A stretch of DNA of 64,000 nt from Lama guanicoe (Eukaryota): NCBI GenBank assembly GCA_013239625.1, contig MU057342.1, forward strand, positions 11,072,556 through 11,136,555, given 5' to 3'. Below are positions 37,501 through 48,777 of the stretch, one piece after another (position 1 is the stretch's first letter; each line of letters begins with the position of its first letter). Both the position numbers and the translations under genes were made by a program. Under the pieces are notes generated by a model. The model had not been told where the DNA came from and did no database searches. It was given only the letters and a program-made list of their open reading frames with translations.

Positions 37501-37879
37501 AAAATTATGAATACTATAGAAATTAAGGGATTAAACTATTATGAGCATCTGCAAACCCTAATTTCCTTATCATTGTGGCAATAAATAGCTCATGAGAACT
37601 TGATGATTTTTTTATTAAAAAGTTAATTAAGAAGACCTTCATTAGCATGTGCAATTAAGTTCACTGTTCTAATTGGTTCACTGAAATTTCTACTACTCAA
37701 ATAACATGGAAGGAACCACAATAAAATCCTGAATAAATAAATGTTAATTACATAGCATTAAAATATATTGAGGAATGACCAAAAGATTTAAGGCCACTGA
37801 TATAACTCAACTCAGCTGTCCGCTCTTTCTTGACACTATGATCCTGCCAAGGCATCACCCATCACCTATGATAAGAGGA

Positions 37880-38240
37880 CACAAATGATCATATGCAGCC
37901 CACTCCTTTCTCCAAGGCCTGAACCCAAATCTCGAACTGTTTGGAATCATCTGAGTTTCTGACACTTATCAATACTAAAATTGAGTTCTTTTCAATTGTC
38001 TAAATTTGGACATCATCAATGTCTCAGTCACTCAGGTTAGTACTTCATTCTTCCTTCAAATATATTTCAATAATTACTTTCTTTTATTCTAACTATTCAC
38101 TCCCTCATATGGCTTTATCATCATAATCCTGAACTAACAGAAGTGTTTCCCTACGTGCCTTTTCACCTCAGAACCCTTGTATTCTATTCCACAAGTGGCA
38201 GGATTAATTTTCTTAAAACCCACTTTCAGGTATCACCCAA
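37880..38240 (+). mobile_element. L2 body fragment, degraded
   Basis: cagcccactcctttctccaaggcct...cagtcactcaggttag...attctattccacaagtggcaggattaattttcttaaaac. Confidence 0.5.
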
Positions 38241-38621
38241 ATAATCAATAGCCCAGTGACAAGCCAAGCTTTTAAATGCCACTCTGAGTGATCTTCCTTA
38301 ATTGAAGTCACTCAATAGCAAGATGTTTCCAAGCTTTAATATATTGCAGTTAGTAATCTGGCTGTGTCAGTAATGTGACTAGGTATTTCCAAATCAGTAA
38401 GCAATACTACACATGGTGCTAAACATAACTACTACTCATGCCTTCTACAGATATTAGTTGAGTACAGGAGGCAAGTGACTGTTTCATGGGAATTAGTAGA
38501 CAGCTGCCCTGGAGCTCCCCAAGAGCAGCATACAGCCTGTCAGAGACATGGGACCAACCTGCACCAGTGAAAGAAGCAAAGGAAATGCCCAGTCATGGTC
38601 TTAAATTAAGTGGGTTAAGAT

Positions 38622-38734
38622 TACGGTGACCAACTATCCCAGTTTGCCTAGGACTAGAAGGTTCCCAGAATATGAGACTTGCCATTTCAAAACTGGGAAA
38701 ATTACAGGCACTCTGGGATGAGGTGGTCACCCTA
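38622..38734 (-). mobile_element. MER81-like hAT-Blackjack MITE with perfect 8-bp TSD
   Basis: TIRs tacggtgaccaac / ggtggtcacccta. TSD gttaagat at 38614-38621 and 38735-38742. Confidence 0.9.
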
Positions 38735-39329
38735 GTTAAGATCATGGTGAGATACACCATACTGAAGGAAAAGCACAAAGCACAATCAGTCAGGTCAGGG
38801 AAGTCAAAGCCAGGGGTTTAGGGCCAGAGTCACAGTGCAAAGGCCAAGGAAAAGTCACACGGATCAGATTTCGCCACAGCTTATTATTTCATACGCTTCA
38901 CCTCCCCACCCCACAGTTTATATAATGAGTCTTAATTCAGTCAAGTGCATGAACTGCCATCTGACACCATAGGAGGTACCAAGGTCTGTGTGTTCACTTC
39001 ATGTTTGGTTCATTTCAGGACAAAATTCCAAGTGCATCCAAAGTGTACATAGAAAATTCAGTTTTATAAACCATAAATCCAGGTGTGTATGTAGTATAAC
39101 TATCTTAATCTCCCTTAAACTGAACTTAATATCTACCTTAAATCCCCAGTTCCAGCTAACAGTAGACAACTTAATTGAGTCACTTCAAGTAAATGCAATC
39201 AAATTAGTGATTACTCAGTTATTTCTGATTTAAACTCTGTCAGCTTGGAATGAGACACCCAGGTCTTCCCTTCTTTAAGATTCCTCAACCTCTCTAAGAT
39301 TCCTGGGTCTGGGGACTGGGAAGACCTAA

Positions 39330-39521
39330 GGCTCTTCTCAAATTTCAGCAAGCATCAGAATCACCAGAAGGGCTTGTTGACTGTGATTACAGATCTCTGA
39401 CAACAGTGGCAGTTTCAGATTCATAGTTCTGAGGTGGGAGGCCCAAGAATTTGCATTTCTAACAAGTCTCCAGGTGATGCTGATGCTTTTGGTCTTGGGG
39501 ACCACACTTTGAGAGCTACTG
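39330..39521 (-). mobile_element. MER5A (hAT-Charlie), near full length
   Basis: ttctcaaatttcagcaagcatcagaatcaccagaagggcttgtt...ggcccaagaatttgcatttctaacaagtctccaggtgatgctgatgct...ggaccacactttgagagctactg. Confidence 0.93.
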
Positions 39522-39824
39522 GCACACATTTAGAGCTCTTTGAAGTGACTTTAGTGCCTTAGTTTTCTTCTGCTCTCTGAATTGTCTTCCTTGAGCTTTT
39601 GACCTCTCCATGTAGCTAGAAAACAATTGTGAGTGAGGATGGAATGAATGCTTTACATGTCTTATTTGGGGATGGGTCAAATAGTAACACAAGGAACACA
39701 TGGGGCTGTAAAAGTACTGCAACTACTCAGTACTATCTCAGAACTATCTCTTTGCTGCAACCATAGTTATCACTCTCTCAGCATTGACACAGCTCCCCTT
39801 GGATGTGTCCTGTAGCTTCACAGA

Positions 39825-40050
39825 GTGAATGAAAATGACTTGAGCAGTAGTCCAGAAACTTCTAAGTCAAGCTTTGCCTCTTAATAGTCATGTAACCTTT
39901 AATAAGTTCTTTATATTCACTAGCTCTCAGTTTTCTCTTCTATAAAATAAAGCTAATATTATCATACCTGCCATGGCAATCTCACAGAATATTTGGAGGA
40001 TTCAAAGGTAATGTTTGAGTACATGCTTTGAAAATAATTAATGGTTATAT
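39825..40050 (+). mobile_element. MIR SINE
   Basis: gctttgcctcttaatagtcatgtaacctttaataagtt...tctcagttttctcttctataaaata...ctcacagaatatttggaggattcaaa. Confidence 0.8.
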
Positions 40051-40124
40051 TTAAAGTAAAATCTCTGTTATCATGCACATAACTTCCCATCAGCCTATAC
40101 AGTTAACTTTACAAAAACTGGATA

Positions 40125-40283
40125 CAGTCGTTCCTCAGTATCTGTGGGAGACTGATTGGTTCCAGGACCCTCCTCCCCATACCAAAATCTGTGGATGCTC
40201 AAGTTCCTTACATAAAATGTTTTAGTCGGCCCTCCATTTCTGCAGGTTGCGCATCTATGCATTTAACCAATCAGGGATCAAAA
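40125..40283 (+). mobile_element. MER2-like TcMar-Tigger element, partial
   Basis: TA|cagtcgttcctcagtatctgtggg...ttggttccaggaccc...ataccaaaatctgtggatgctcaagttccttacataaaatg. Confidence 0.88.
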
Positions 40284-40304
40284 TTCTTGTTTCCACATTT
40301 AATG

Positions 40305-40412
40305 ACATTAACTTGGTAACTTGAAACCAGTGAACACTACAGATCAGGACTTTTGTGTAGTTGGGTTGTTTATTTTCAGAGAGCTAGTTCTTCAACATTT
40401 ATCTGCATCACT
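40305..40412 (+). mobile_element. MER63-like hAT-Blackjack terminal fragment
   Basis: ggtaacttgaaac...aacactacagatcaggac...tttcagagagctagtt...aacatttatctgcatcactg. Confidence 0.6.
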
Positions 40413-40587
40413 GCTTATAGAACATATTGGGCCTTTAAGAGGTATATTTCCAGTGTCAGTTTTTGATAAAGTGATAAACATATATTTTTCTTTTACCTTT
40501 TACAGCACACAAAAATTTTTATGATCTAAACAAAATATCCTAGAATATATACAAATATGATCTGTTATCAAATTCTCTTATCTGCAG

Positions 40588-40770
40588 CAGTGATATTCAA
40601 CCTGAAGTAGGATAAGAATCACCTGGGGCCCTTGTTTAAAATGCAAATTTCAGAGTCCTACCCCTAAGAATATGAATAAGAGTCTGAGAATGGATCCTGA
40701 ATGGGCATTTTTTACAAGCTCTGGGAGTATCCAAACAGGAGGTCCTAAAATGACATGTGGAGCGATAGGT
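40588..40770. mobile_element. MER5-family hAT-Charlie MITE
   Basis: cagtgatattcaacc...agaatcacctggggcccttgtttaaaatgcaaattt...gcattttttacaagctc. Confidence 0.75.
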
Positions 40771-42099
40771 GACACTCAAATCCCACATTCTGGCTTTCAA
40801 GTCCTATACCACATGGTCACAAAATCCCTTCTCCCCAAAATCCCACCTCCATCTTTTCCCCAATGTATGCCTGCCCTGAATTGAAAAGATATCATCACTC
40901 TCCTGCAGCAGAAGCCTTGAAATTTTATTTTACCTATTTGCCAAATTTCCTATAATGTGAACCGTGAGTTGAGAAGATAAAATAGATTTTATAGCCTTTT
41001 ATACTAGCAAACTTATCTGTTTCAAGGGCACATGGTGGCAACAAGCCAAGACCAACTGAAATCTTGCAAAAAGTGTCAAGGAAAGGGGATCAAGAGAGAA
41101 GGATGAAAGTCTGTGTATGCGTCATTCCCCCACAAACTACAGAATAATGCTGAGCATTTTTTGTCATAGCAATTTTACTTTAATCACAAAAGTCTTACTA
41201 TGTAAAAATTACTTGTTTTATAAATTAACTGTCAAATCCTTAGAGAAGCCATCCATGAACAATTTGTTGTTGGTTATATTTCCATTATTGTCACTATTTA
41301 ATCCACAGTTTAGGTGATTAATGATTTTCTAAGAAAACTTGTTTGAAGTATAAAGAATGAAATTTGTTAAACCAAGTAAGACCCAACAAGATTCATTTGT
41401 CTTGGTGTCTCATCAGTACTGAAACCACCATGGCATAATTAATGGTTCAAGAGATGAAACGGGACTCCTGTTCTGTCAAGTCTCCTCTATTTAAGTCTTC
41501 AAAAATGAAAAATAATGAGTAAAGGTGTAAAACAAATTGCTTGATATGCCAAGAAGCAAAATAATCCCATTAAAACAATTATAATTTCATCTCAAATTAT
41601 TAGACATTGGAGAAAATCCCAGTCTGGGGTGATCCCCTGATATATGTGGGCATAATTTATGACATTATCATTAGAAATGTTTGAAAAGATGTACTTTCTG
41701 AAGCCTTTAGACATGGTTCTCTCAGAATTAAAAGGTTGCTTTGGGGCAACAATCTCTTAAAAGTTTTATACTTATTGACAAAATTGTTTATTTAGTTTAA
41801 TTAAGAGTCCCTTACATACCTGAAGAAGAGTACAGAATCAAATTGGAATCTATATTATAAGCCTATGCTCATAGATTCATAGAAACTATGTTTGCAAATT
41901 TACCAAACTAGAAAAGGCAACAGAAAATGTTAACAATAGTTTGTTCAGGAATAGGAGACTGGGCATTAAATTCTCCACTGAACAGTACATACAAATTAAA
42001 AATGCTAACAGTAACTCAACTTGACTGTACAGCATATGGGTCATCAATTTGTGTCCCTGAACAGTTCGTAGATAAAGCATTATTTTAATCCACTCTGAT

Positions 42100-42360
42100 T
42101 TCATGCAATGAACTATTTTTGAGCACCAACTATGAGACAGGCTGACATCATGAGGAATAGAGAGTCAAGGATATTCATTTGAATCTATGACATCAGGAAA
42201 TTTGAAATCTAGTGAGAAATAAAGACACGAATAGAATTAACTATAATAGAAAAGTAAAATATGAAGGGCCCTGGAAAACACCAGGGAGGAAGTGATTAGC
42301 TCCAAACAGGGAGATGGATGAAGATTTTAGAGGAAAGATAGCAATAGACAGAAGCCTATA
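42100..42360 (-). mobile_element. L2 3' region
   Basis: tatttttgagcaccaactatgagacaggc...caggaaatttgaaatctagtgagaaataaagacac...gggaggaagtgatta. Confidence 0.7.
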
Positions 42361-43284
42361 ATTTTCCTAATATGAAGATTATTTCAACAGTAGTTGAAAG
42401 GTGCATCTCTGAAAGTATTGGGGGCCACAAGGGGAGAAACAAGGAAGAGAGGTTCGAATCACACCATGCATTAATTACACCTTAACCCTGGGGGTTTTGG
42501 TTGTATGCAGCATGCTTGGCACACAGCAGGCACTCAACCTGTTTGTGATAGCCAAGCAAGTGTAAGGTTCTACCTAGAAAATAACCAGCATTTTAAATGT
42601 GTAAGTGCAGGCTAAGTCTCATTTCATATGTGCTTAAATGTCATGTCTCATGATTATGATGAGCAAGCAGCACAAATCACAAATGTGCTCATTATTTTAT
42701 CTTCAACATAAATTAACTTGCTCTCATTTTGCTATCACAAAAATGTTATCTAATTTATCCATGTGTACCCTTCCATGTATACATATATGATTTTAATGTT
42801 TTTATTAATTTTAATAAGGGAATACAAATATAATTTATTTGATACCTAGAGGATAAGAAAAAACCCAAAGAATATTACTCCCAAGTCAAACAGTACTTCA
42901 ATTAACACATACAAGTAATAGTTCAATTAACAAATAACCTTGGAAGATGGTACCTGAATCAAAGCCAGTGTGGTGAAAAACACTGTATCTATTTCCTTTA
43001 GCATCCATTTCTCCCATCCCTGGTCTCCAACTCACGTATAAAGGCTCTGGCTCTTCATACACCACAATCATACCAAAAAAATGAAGAATCGCTACTGTTA
43101 CCCTTCTGTTTTAACCAGTACTCATTCACACTGAAATTAACTCAAAACACTTTGATTTTTAGAGCTCTCTAAGTGGAAATAATTTTTTATTCCAAACAAG
43201 AAATGGCATTTTTCTCACTTTAAAGGACTCCTCAACACTCAGTTTCTCTACTAAGCCTACTTAGCTGGTTCTTGGATTGTCCTA

Positions 43285-43445
43285 AACACCAGCCCATAGG
43301 GTGGCCCTTCTTGCAGGGGTAACAGCCCCATGTGAGGGAATACAGTTCGATCTTCATAAAGTGGGGAGGAATTCAGATGCTACTTGCCTATCACCCGCTG
43401 GATCTGTGCAGTGAAAACCCTTGCACGACTGAACATAGCAGCGTT
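43285..43445 (-). mobile_element. MER91B/C-like hAT-Tip100 MITE
   Basis: agcccatagggtggcccttc...cagcccc...tgtgcagtgaaaacccttgcacgactgaacatagcagc. Confidence 0.6.
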
Positions 43446-44305
43446 AACTGGAGGACAATCCAGTTTAACTCTCGTGGGATGACTTAGGGAGAGAGGTACA
43501 AAGCACAATCTCCATAAGCCAGACTGGCTCCTTATTCTTCTGGGATGCTGGCTAAGGTTGCAGGAAACTTTAGGGAACAGAAGAGCATATGTTACATCTG
43601 AAGTGAACCTACATCACCCCAGTTAAGGGCTGTCTGTTGGTAGGTCCCTTCCCTCTAAGCTTGTCCTCAATGGATTTTCCTTCCACAAGTATAAATCAAG
43701 CCCCAATGTTTATCTCCTTTAACCTTAACTGCTTAAAGTTTTGCTTGACTAAGATATTTTTATTGCTATTTAAAATTTCTGACATGCACTCTTGCTTTTC
43801 TGAAATGCATCCTACTATTTCCTAGATTATTTCAGCCTGAGGTTATAAAGTCTCTAACAAATAATTATGTTGTTGGAAAACATAAATTTCATTAATAGCG
43901 CTATTATTGCACCCAGTAAATAATGCTGCTGATGATAGGCTTTTAAGATTAACTTCTAAAACCACTTTAAGAATTTTGTTTGTTTATGCTCTTTACCTAC
44001 TTCCAAGAGAGAATTTAAGATGGCGTCAAACACAAAAGACCAAAACCCATTAACACTGTATACAAAGCCAAAGTCAAATAATAAAGAAGAAATTACATCA
44101 GAAAACCCAGACTGAGGAACCCCATTTGAGCACAACACTTGGCTCTGGTATTCAAAGGAACCTTACAGGTTATTTTGGGTGATAAATGCTATTCTGGTGC
44201 TGTGATCAAAAAGGAATTTATCATATGAACCTTTCTTCATAACTGACCAGGCAACATAGTAAGGTCTTTTACAGCAGCTTTCACAAGCCACACAAACGCA
44301 TCTTG

Positions 44306-44480
44306 CAGGGTCAGCTTCATGAGTGTGTGACCCACGCAGCTGCACAGGCCCCAAGCTTAGAAGAGCCCTATATTTGGTTTAACAGTCTGCTGTTGTTAAT
44401 TCTTAATTCTTAATTTTTAAAATAAGAGTTCCCACATTTTCATTTTGCACCGGGCATGGCAAATTACATAGCTGGTCATG
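44306..44480 (+). mobile_element. MER91A hAT-Tip100 MITE
   Basis: cagggtcagcttcatgagtgtgtgacc...gcacaggcccc...ttggtttaacagtctgctgt...cattttcattttgcaccgggc...gcaaattacatagctggtcatg. Confidence 0.88.
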
Positions 44481-45291
44481 TCACCTTTCATACAGCTAGC
44501 TGTTATATCAGCCTGTAAATTTCTTGTTTTAAGATGTTTCTCCTTTGGCAATATAAGCTACAGTATTTGCAGAATTTACCCTACGTTTTTCTGAGTATAA
44601 AGAATAATTCACCATGGATATATAACACTCCCTCACAAAACCCACCGATCTTAAATCTTGTAATTACTAAACATGAGCAATAGCATTCTTCTCTTCTGGG
44701 GAAAGCAGAAAAGCCATTATTTTTCTTCCTTCATATATTTAAGCTCAAGACACTTTCATCAGAAATAACATATTTATTATGATGTCTTAGATACAGTTAG
44801 ATGTCTTAGCTATGAAGTCTGTAAATAGACTTTTGGTTTAAAATCAGTTACCCAGTTAGATGAAGTACAACTTCATCAAATTGAAACTTTAATCTCTGAA
44901 TTATATCTTCCATGTTTCTTCCCTGGAACGTACTGTCTTAAGAAATAAAATTTTTAATGTGTTCAAAGAGAAGTAAAATACCATCAGAGGCCATTTTGTA
45001 CCTTACTCTGCCTTCATATCTGTTATGATTACTCCTTCATACCGGAGGGATGGACTCCTAGCCTATTCTTTATGAACGACTGTGCATAGTTGAAAAACAT
45101 CTTTCCCATGTATAACACACTAAGTAAAAGAGAACTTGGCAACTGCTGTTCACATGATTGATGAAAACTGCTTCTGCATGTAATAGCACTAGAGGCTTCT
45201 GTTAGCACATCAAGTACAATACCACAGCTGCTGTTGGAAGGTGTCTGAAGGAAACCTGATCCCAGCATCCCTCCAGTCTAGTTTCAACAAC

Positions 45292-45485
45292 TACACTCTT
45301 CCAAACACAGTGCTAGGCACAAGAGATACATCACTGGGCAAGACATCTCCACCTGCCTGTAGCTTAGAATCTAGCAGGCAATACAGACAAATAAGTGTAT
45401 AATTACTTCACTGTGAATATGTGACATAGTGGAATTACAAAGGAAGGAACCAGGGAAGGTTTCCCTAAGAAAGTAACATTCAAAT
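45292..45485 (-). mobile_element. L2 fragment
   Basis: ccaaacacagtgctaggcacaagagataca...agcttagaatctagcagg...cagggaaggtttccctaagaaagtaacatt. Confidence 0.75.
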
Positions 45486-45580
45486 TTATTTTTAAATATT
45501 TAGCTTTATTGTCAATTCAGAATTGAACTTAATAGGTGAAGCTTGATTATCAATTCAGAATTTAACAATATGCATGAGGC

Positions 45581-45754
45581 TAGAGGTGGATTTACCATGA
45601 ATTAATAAAGCTTAAGTTTAGAGTCCTTTACTTGCATAGGTACCCTCCAAGACTTTTTCATTTTTTTTTTACTTGTAATTTTGTATCCCCTTTCTTAAAG
45701 AGGAAACCCAAATTATATAAGATCCACAACCCACAAAACCTGGGTCCTCCTCTG
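45581..45754 (+). mobile_element. Arthur1A/MER69A-like hAT-Tip100 MITE
   Basis: agaggtggatttaccatgaa...aagcttaag...cttgcatagg...gtaattttgtat...ttcttaaagagg...caaattatataag...cccacaaaacctgggtcctcctctg. Degenerate 8-bp TSD catgaggc/catgggtc. Confidence 0.85.
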
Positions 45755-47729
45755 CATGGGTCATACTGACTTCTAATGTCCCCCCAGGCCCCCCTTCAGA
45801 ATGACAGGTTCACACAGCTGTACTCTGTTAGCTAATGGAAGTTCCATTTTACTTTCTCATGGACTCATAAAGATAACAGGACTAGCTTAGAAGATTGCAA
45901 ACATTATCCTGTTCAGCTGAATTTTCTCAGACTAAACTCTCTTTCTGAGCTCAAAGTTGTAGTGCTAATTTCAGCCTCTCTCCTACAGAGAGCATAAAGA
46001 CAAGAGCAGGAGGGCATATGCACTTTCATGTTGATCCTAGAATCAGAGAAGGAAAGGGTCAAAGAAGAAAAAGGTGGGCAGGAAGGAAAAAAATCATTAG
46101 ACTTTGGCTTCTTTCTTGAACTTCTCACTTTCTGGTCCTACCCCACAATCTGCTTGAGCTTTCTAGACTATCTCCTTGGAGGGAAGGAAATATAATTTGC
46201 CTATTTTTCTCTAGAAGTACTTCCTGCCAATGTCAGGTTTCCCTTATAACAATGACAGAGAACATCAAGATTGTGTGGGTGAAATTATGTTTTAGGGGAT
46301 ATGGTATTATAAAATGGTCTTTAATCAAAGGAGTATGTATCTGTCACAAAAATTGTTTTAAGCTTCATTTTCAGTAAGTTCATCCATTTTATTCAACAAT
46401 GAAATTATCTATAAAGAACAATGGAGTTATTTATAAGGATAATTTTTCTTTATGAAAAAATGTTTGACAACAATAAAAATAACAAAATAAGAATAGGAAT
46501 AATAAATTCTTGGAGCTTTAAGCAACCACCTTTATTTTATGAAAGTACATGTAACTAAAGGTGGGTTTAAAGGTTTCTGAAATTCTTCTGCCAGCAAACA
46601 TTAACATTCCCACCAGATAAAGCACAGTGATTAGGAACTGCAAGCTAAAGAAATTGAATTCATGTAGTGTTATGTCCAGCAAATTTTATTTTTATTTATT
46701 CTGGATAGACATGCAAATAAATATTTTGAGCACATATAGACCAGAGGATTGCCATGGGAGTAAAATATAATTATTATAACACAAGGGAAGGTAATAAAAA
46801 AATGTATTAGCACAGTGGCTTAGAAAAAGTGATATTCAAAGCATAGAATTCATCTGGTAAGCACAAACAGGTCACACTGTTTCAAATCAAGAGTACAAAC
46901 AAAAGTTCTCAAAATGTTGGGAAAAAAAATTCTTTGGAAGCTATTATAACATGCCACAAAAGCTATAAAAATAATAATATGATAAAAATTTTAAAAGAAG
47001 AAAAATTATACCAGGCAGCAGGCTGCTTTGTTAGCTGTTGCCAAGGGACCTTCAGCTAGGTAATGTAAGATTATCTTTGCAAAGGCCTTTCTTATATAAA
47101 TTTGGAAGCTTTATCAGATACAGTTCCAGGCTCTTTATCTGCACCTAAGAAGGTAGATAACAAATTTTTATCTTCTGAAATTTTGCAACCTTTAAATAGT
47201 TGTATTTTTGTAGCATCTAAGAAAAACTGGTCGTACAAAGCATTGTGGGTATGATTATGCACTTTTAGCAAGTTGAGTTTCAATGGAAATGTGCCTTCCC
47301 TAAAATAAACTTAAACTTTCCTTTATTCTCCCCTAAACCAATACACTTACAAGACTTTAACAGCGCTCTGTAGTAGTAAACAGTGGCAGTAAACAGTGAA
47401 TTTGTATATATTCCTTTGAAAATTTTCTTAAGAAATTTTATTCAAATTATTCAATTCACCAGAAGAGTAAAGAGAAAATTCAAGAATATTTGAAAGTTTC
47501 TATCAGAAAGTGAGAAGTCTAATTAAATTTACAGCTGCCTAGCTTAACATAAATTAGTGAGTTTGATCAATATTTCAAATACAAGGCATTAATAACAGAC
47601 GTACGTGTATGCACTCAACTAACCTATCTCTACTTGAATGTTTGCCCTTCAAGGGCAAAATGTACAAAATTATACTACTCTCCTACACATCTCCTGCCAT
47701 AAATCTCCTTTCCTTGCATATCACTAATA

Positions 47730-48160
47730 GGTCTCCCTCCCTCTAGCTTTACTTCCCTCCAAGCAATAGCCAAAACGACCTTCCCCTTAAACATAAATCT
47801 GATCATGTCATTGCTCTACTTGAAACTCCCCAAATGTTTCCAGTCATCCTTCATTCACCTGAATTTGGCTCAAGATGCACTCTGAGAGTTGATCACAGCT
47901 CACAGACCTTGCTGCATCACTCTGCACTTTCTGGCTCTCAGTCTAGGCTGTTATCAGTCATGCTGAATAGCTCTGAATTCCACAGATGTATCTACATGTC
48001 TCTCATCTTGCCCAAAAAATCTTTCCCCAATACGATCTCCTACTCCTTCAGCTTAAATCCCACTTGCACTGAAGCCCTAGAATAGCTTAGGTTCCCAAAG
48101 TATTCCATACTTCCTTTTGTATAAACCCTAACTTATCAAATATACTGTTATTGTTTTATT
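47730..48160 (+). mobile_element. L2 fragment
   Basis: aaacataaatctgatcatgtcattgctctacttgaaactccccaaatgtttcca. Confidence 0.7.
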
Positions 48161-48639
48161 GTTGGGAGAAGTGGGGAAATACTTCTCCCTTACTCTTGAA
48201 ATTTCTCTGACGTGAGAGAAGCACTACTAGTGTGACACTCTTACTCTTCCCCCACAGAAAGAAGAAAGACTATCCTGGTAACTTGCAAAGGGGCAACAAA
48301 GAGCCTCTCTGCTTTTGCTTTCCTGGAGCCATCTTACCCACAGGGAACATGAGCTTCGTGTCTCAGCGCTGTATCTCTCACAGGGCCAGGTGCTTGTCTC
48401 TGTAGAGGAGTCTGCAGTTGTCCACCACTCCAGGAACACCATGAGTAAATCACTCAGACTATAGGAAAGCACCCCCTGATACAAACTACTCACTCTTAAT
48501 ACCAGCTATATCAGCATAAAGGTGATATTTTATTTCCCATCCACCATCTTCTCTTCTTTCTTTCTCACTTTGTTTAGAAATCAGGAAGGGACAATAAGTG
48601 AACACTGAAACCCCTAAATCATAATTAATTATATACTGT

Positions 48640-48777
48640 CTTTGGTGATAATCTATAAATTCTGAAAGACAGGGAATATATGCCTGGTTTACTATGATAC
48701 TCCCTGTCACCTAGCAGGTGCCTGGCTAATAATAGGTGCTGCATAAGTTGTTATTTATGGAATAAATAAATAAATAT
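48640..48777 (+). mobile_element. L2 3' tail
   Basis: tataaattctgaaagacaggga...cacctagcaggtgcctggctaataataggtgctgcataa. Confidence 0.75.

Larger units (their letters stand above)
36940..37545 (+). mobile_element. MIR, split near its 3' end by the 37164-37501 insertion
   Basis: gtggaaagcacattgg...ttctgagcctcagactactcatctataaattgg...aaaatgttttgcaaattatgaatgctat, resuming after the insert as agaaattaagggatt. Confidence 0.7.

Noticed and set aside
42451-42460. Isolated Pol III B-box (ggttcgaatc)
   Set aside because: There is no A-box or tRNA fold, and it is followed by a MIR/L2-like tail, so it is probably a decayed MIR head.
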